From Cuniculiplasma divulgatum (GTDB lineage Archaea; Thermoplasmatota; Thermoplasmata; Thermoplasmatales; Thermoplasmataceae): DNA of 32,000 nt. The stretch spans positions 1,440,001-1,472,000 of the forward strand of contig NZ_LT671858.1 of the NCBI RefSeq assembly GCF_900083515.1. Direction: 5' to 3'. Made by a program: the position numbers and the translations under genes. The notes under the pieces are model-generated. The model ran no database searches, was not told the DNA's origin, and saw nothing but the letters and a program-made list of their open reading frames with translations. Positions within the stretch are counted from its first letter, which is position 1, and the number at the start of each line of letters is the position of its first letter. Shown here one piece after another: positions 29,766 through 32,000 of the stretch.

Positions 29766-31775
29766 GTGAAAACCGAAGACCTTTTTGAAAGAATAAAACC
29801 CATAAGCGATGATGAAAGACCTGAAAAACCAGTCTTCTCCACTTCATTTTTAGATAAGAGCGTGGATCCCATAGATGATTTTTTTACATATTCCTGTGGA
29901 AAGTGGGTTGATACCCATCCCATACCTGAAGATAAATTTATGTGGGGGGCAACCTGGGAACTTATAGAGTGGAACAGATTTATACTTGGTAAGATACTTG
30001 AAGAATGCGCCAAAAAAAGTTGCCATGAAGATAAGGCCCTTGAAGCGCAGCTGGGGAAATATTATATTTCAGCCATGGATTTGAAATTAATAAATAGTTT
30101 GAGATTTAAACCACTGGAAGAAATACTATATAAAATAAATGAAATGAAAGATAAGGAGGATATTCCAGAAATAATAGCCTTTTTACACAGATCAGGAATA
30201 AGAGCGCTTTTTAGATTGGAAGTGGATAATGACGAGAAGCAGAGCAACAAATACGCAGTGTATCTTAATCAGGGAGGATTGGCACTTCCCAACAGGGATT
30301 ATTATCTTGAAGATAATTTTAAACAAATAAGAATTGAGTACAAAGCACATTTAAAAAAAATGTTTGAACTTAACGGGGTTGAAAAAGAAAAGGCAGAAAA
30401 AATATCAGAAACTGTAATGAATATAGAAACAGAAATGGCAAGGGCAAGCAGAAGACCTGTTGAACTGAGGGATCCTGAAAGGAATTACAACAGGGTAGAA
30501 ATGAAAGATGCTGACAAAATTTTCGGTAATATCAACATGCGAAGATATTTACGGGATACTGAACTTGATAAAATGGATTACTTGATAGTAGGGCAACCTG
30601 AATTTTTCAAAGGACTTTCATTGCTGAAAGAACAATATTCTCTGGAAGAATGGAAAGAATATCTTACGTGGAAAGTTCTTCATTTTGCCGCTCCATACCT
30701 TCATGAAGAGGTAGAAAAAGAGGATTTTGACTTTTTCCGCAAGAAACTTCTAGGACAGAATGAGATGGAGAAGAGATGGAAGAAGGTTGTTTTCATAGTA
30801 GACGAAACAATGGGTGAAGCCCTCGGGAAACTCTATGTGGACAGAGAATTTGGAGAAGAATCCAGAAAAAGAATGCACGATATGGTAGAGGACCTAAGGG
30901 AAGTATTTGTTGAAAGGATTAAGAGTCTTCCCTGGATGGGAGAACAAACAAAGGAGAAAGCCCTGGAAAAATTTAGTAAATTCAGAGCTAAAATAGGTTA
31001 CCCTTCTAAATTCATTGATTACTCTTCAATAAAAATAACAAACGATGACTTTTTAGGAAATGTTTTGAGATGCAACCAGTTTGAATTCAACAGAAAAACA
31101 TCAAGGGCTGGAAAGGATGTGGATCGGGAACTTTGGGGGATGACACCACCAACAGTAAACGCCTATTTCTCACCAACGGACAATGAGATAGTATTTCCGG
31201 CAGGTATTCTCCAGCCACCCTTCTTCGATCCAGATATGGATGACGCCGTTAATTATGGAGCTACTGGAGGTACAATTGCTCACGAGATTTCCCATGGTTT
31301 TGACGATGAGGGTAGAAAGTTTGATCTTGATGGAAACCTGAAGGAATGGTGGTCAGAAGACGATGACAGGGCATTCATGGATAGGGCAAAGGAAGTCGTC
31401 GACATTTACAGCAGTTTGGAGGTGTTACCAGGTCTGAAGGTTAATGGAGAACTTACGCTTGGTGAGAATATTGCAGATCTTGGAGGAGTAAGTATTGCGT
31501 TCGAAGCACTCCAGAGAAGATTGAGTAAAAACCCTGAAATGAGAAAGAACATAGATGGACTGACCCCTGAGCAGAGATTCTTTCTTGGATGGGCTCAGAG
31601 CTGGAGAGAATCTGTAAAGGAAGATGCATTGAGATATCAAATATCAAATGATCCTCACTCGCCTGCAAAGATAAGAGCGGAAATTCCAGCGAAGGTTCAT
31701 GAGGATTTTGAGAACGTGTTCAGTAATCTAAGTTCAAAGAAAAACTCAAGATTCAGGAAGATTAAGATCTGGTAA
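29766..31775 (+). CDS. M13-family zinc metallopeptidase (neprilysin/PepO-like endopeptidase)
   Basis: 669 aa. N-terminal PIDDFFTYSCGKW (family DDFY.Y.CG.W), NAYFSP..NEIVFPAGILQPPFF, HExxH as HEISHGFD, third ligand/ENxADxGG as GENIADLGG. GTG start: an in-frame stop at 29733 and no upstream ATG. No signal peptide or TM segment is visible at the N-terminus. Confidence 0.92.
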   Translation: MKTEDLFERIKPISDDERPEKPVFSTSFLDKSVDPIDDFFTYSCGKWVDTHPIPEDKFMWGATWELIEWNRFILGKILEECAKKSCHEDKALEAQLGKYYISAMDLKLINSLRFKPLEEILYKINEMKDKEDIPEIIAFLHRSGIRALFRLEVDNDEKQSNKYAVYLNQGGLALPNRDYYLEDNFKQIRIEYKAHLKKMFELNGVEKEKAEKISETVMNIETEMARASRRPVELRDPERNYNRVEMKDADKIFGNINMRRYLRDTELDKMDYLIVGQPEFFKGLSLLKEQYSLEEWKEYLTWKVLHFAAPYLHEEVEKEDFDFFRKKLLGQNEMEKRWKKVVFIVDETMGEALGKLYVDREFGEESRKRMHDMVEDLREVFVERIKSLPWMGEQTKEKALEKFSKFRAKIGYPSKFIDYSSIKITNDDFLGNVLRCNQFEFNRKTSRAGKDVDRELWGMTPPTVNAYFSPTDNEIVFPAGILQPPFFDPDMDDAVNYGATGGTIAHEISHGFDDEGRKFDLDGNLKEWWSEDDDRAFMDRAKEVVDIYSSLEVLPGLKVNGELTLGENIADLGGVSIAFEALQRRLSKNPEMRKNIDGLTPEQRFFLGWAQSWRESVKEDALRYQISNDPHSPAKIRAEIPAKVHEDFENVFSNLSSKKNSRFRKIKIW

Positions 31776-31839
31776 TGAATTAGATAGTGAAATATGGACA
31801 ATGTGTTTAATAGGAAAATGAAATATTAGGTTGATTTCA

Positions 31840-32000
31840 ATGAAGATTAACGTTGATGGTGAAGAGAGAAAATTCAGGTCAGTCTGGTTTGAGAAAGATG
31901 AAGTTGTACTGATAGAGCAGAGGAACCTTCCTGAAAAGATCGAATTTTACAGGGCTAAAAATTCAGATGATATTGCATATGCAATTAAACACATGGTTGT
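31840..32000 (+). CDS. eIF-2B alpha/beta/delta-like isomerase (MtnA methylthioribose-1-phosphate isomerase / ribose-1,5-bisphosphate isomerase family), N-terminal fragment
   Basis: Not in the ORF track because it is open at the window end. Hand translation from ATG 31840 gives MKINVDGEERKFRSVWFEKDEVVLIEQRNLPEKIEFYRAKNSDDIAYAIKHMVV. This matches the family N-terminus (V.w.....v.liDQ..LP.......c.....va.AI..M.VRGAP). Confidence 0.75.
   Translation, partial: MKINVDGEERKFRSVWFEKDEVVLIEQRNLPEKIEFYRAKNSDDIAYAIKHMV

Overview
Dense, AT-rich archaeal core-genome window. The unsplit rpoB, the gene order and the codon usage look Thermoplasmata-like, but this taxonomic call is tentative. About 34 protein genes and 2 tRNAs are present, many with overlapping stop/start codons. 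In order: a partial UbiE-type methyltransferase, a DUF424 protein and MCM helicase (- strand); a YkoF/MTH1187-like protein and a 2-hydroxyacid dehydrogenase (-); a DEAD-box helicase (+); PrpD-family, PrpB-family and MetE-like genes (+); a JAMM/MPN+ protein, NAD kinase and an IMPase-family phosphatase (-); RpoD, S11, S4 and S13 (-); DUF357 plus a small basic protein (-); a Trm5/Taw2-family enzyme (-); hemL-hemC-hemD (+); initiator tRNA-Met (-); then a nearly gap-free 10.4 kb minus-strand block of tRNA-Lys, rpoH, rpoB, rpoA', rpoA'', nusA, aIF-1A, Rio1 kinase and a Dim2-like KH protein; an M13 (neprilysin/PepO) metallopeptidase (+); and a partial MtnA/eIF-2B-like isomerase (+). I saw no CRISPR array, mobile element, integrase, toxin-antitoxin pair or defence gene. 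I could not support any novel multi-gene system. The most unusual points are at domain or operon level: (1) a ~135-aa uncharacterised N-terminal extension on RpoA''; (2) a CxxC...CxxC zinc-ribbon insertion inside RpoB; (3) tRNA-Lys sitting 15 nt upstream of rpoH, so the RNAP operon mRNA probably comes from a tRNA-containing precursor; (4) a translationally coupled IMPase-NADK-JAMM operon; (5) a PrpD/PrpB/MetE-like cluster without a methylcitrate synthase. CDS coordinates follow the supplied ORF track. tRNA, motif and promoter coordinates were counted by hand and may be off by 1 nt.
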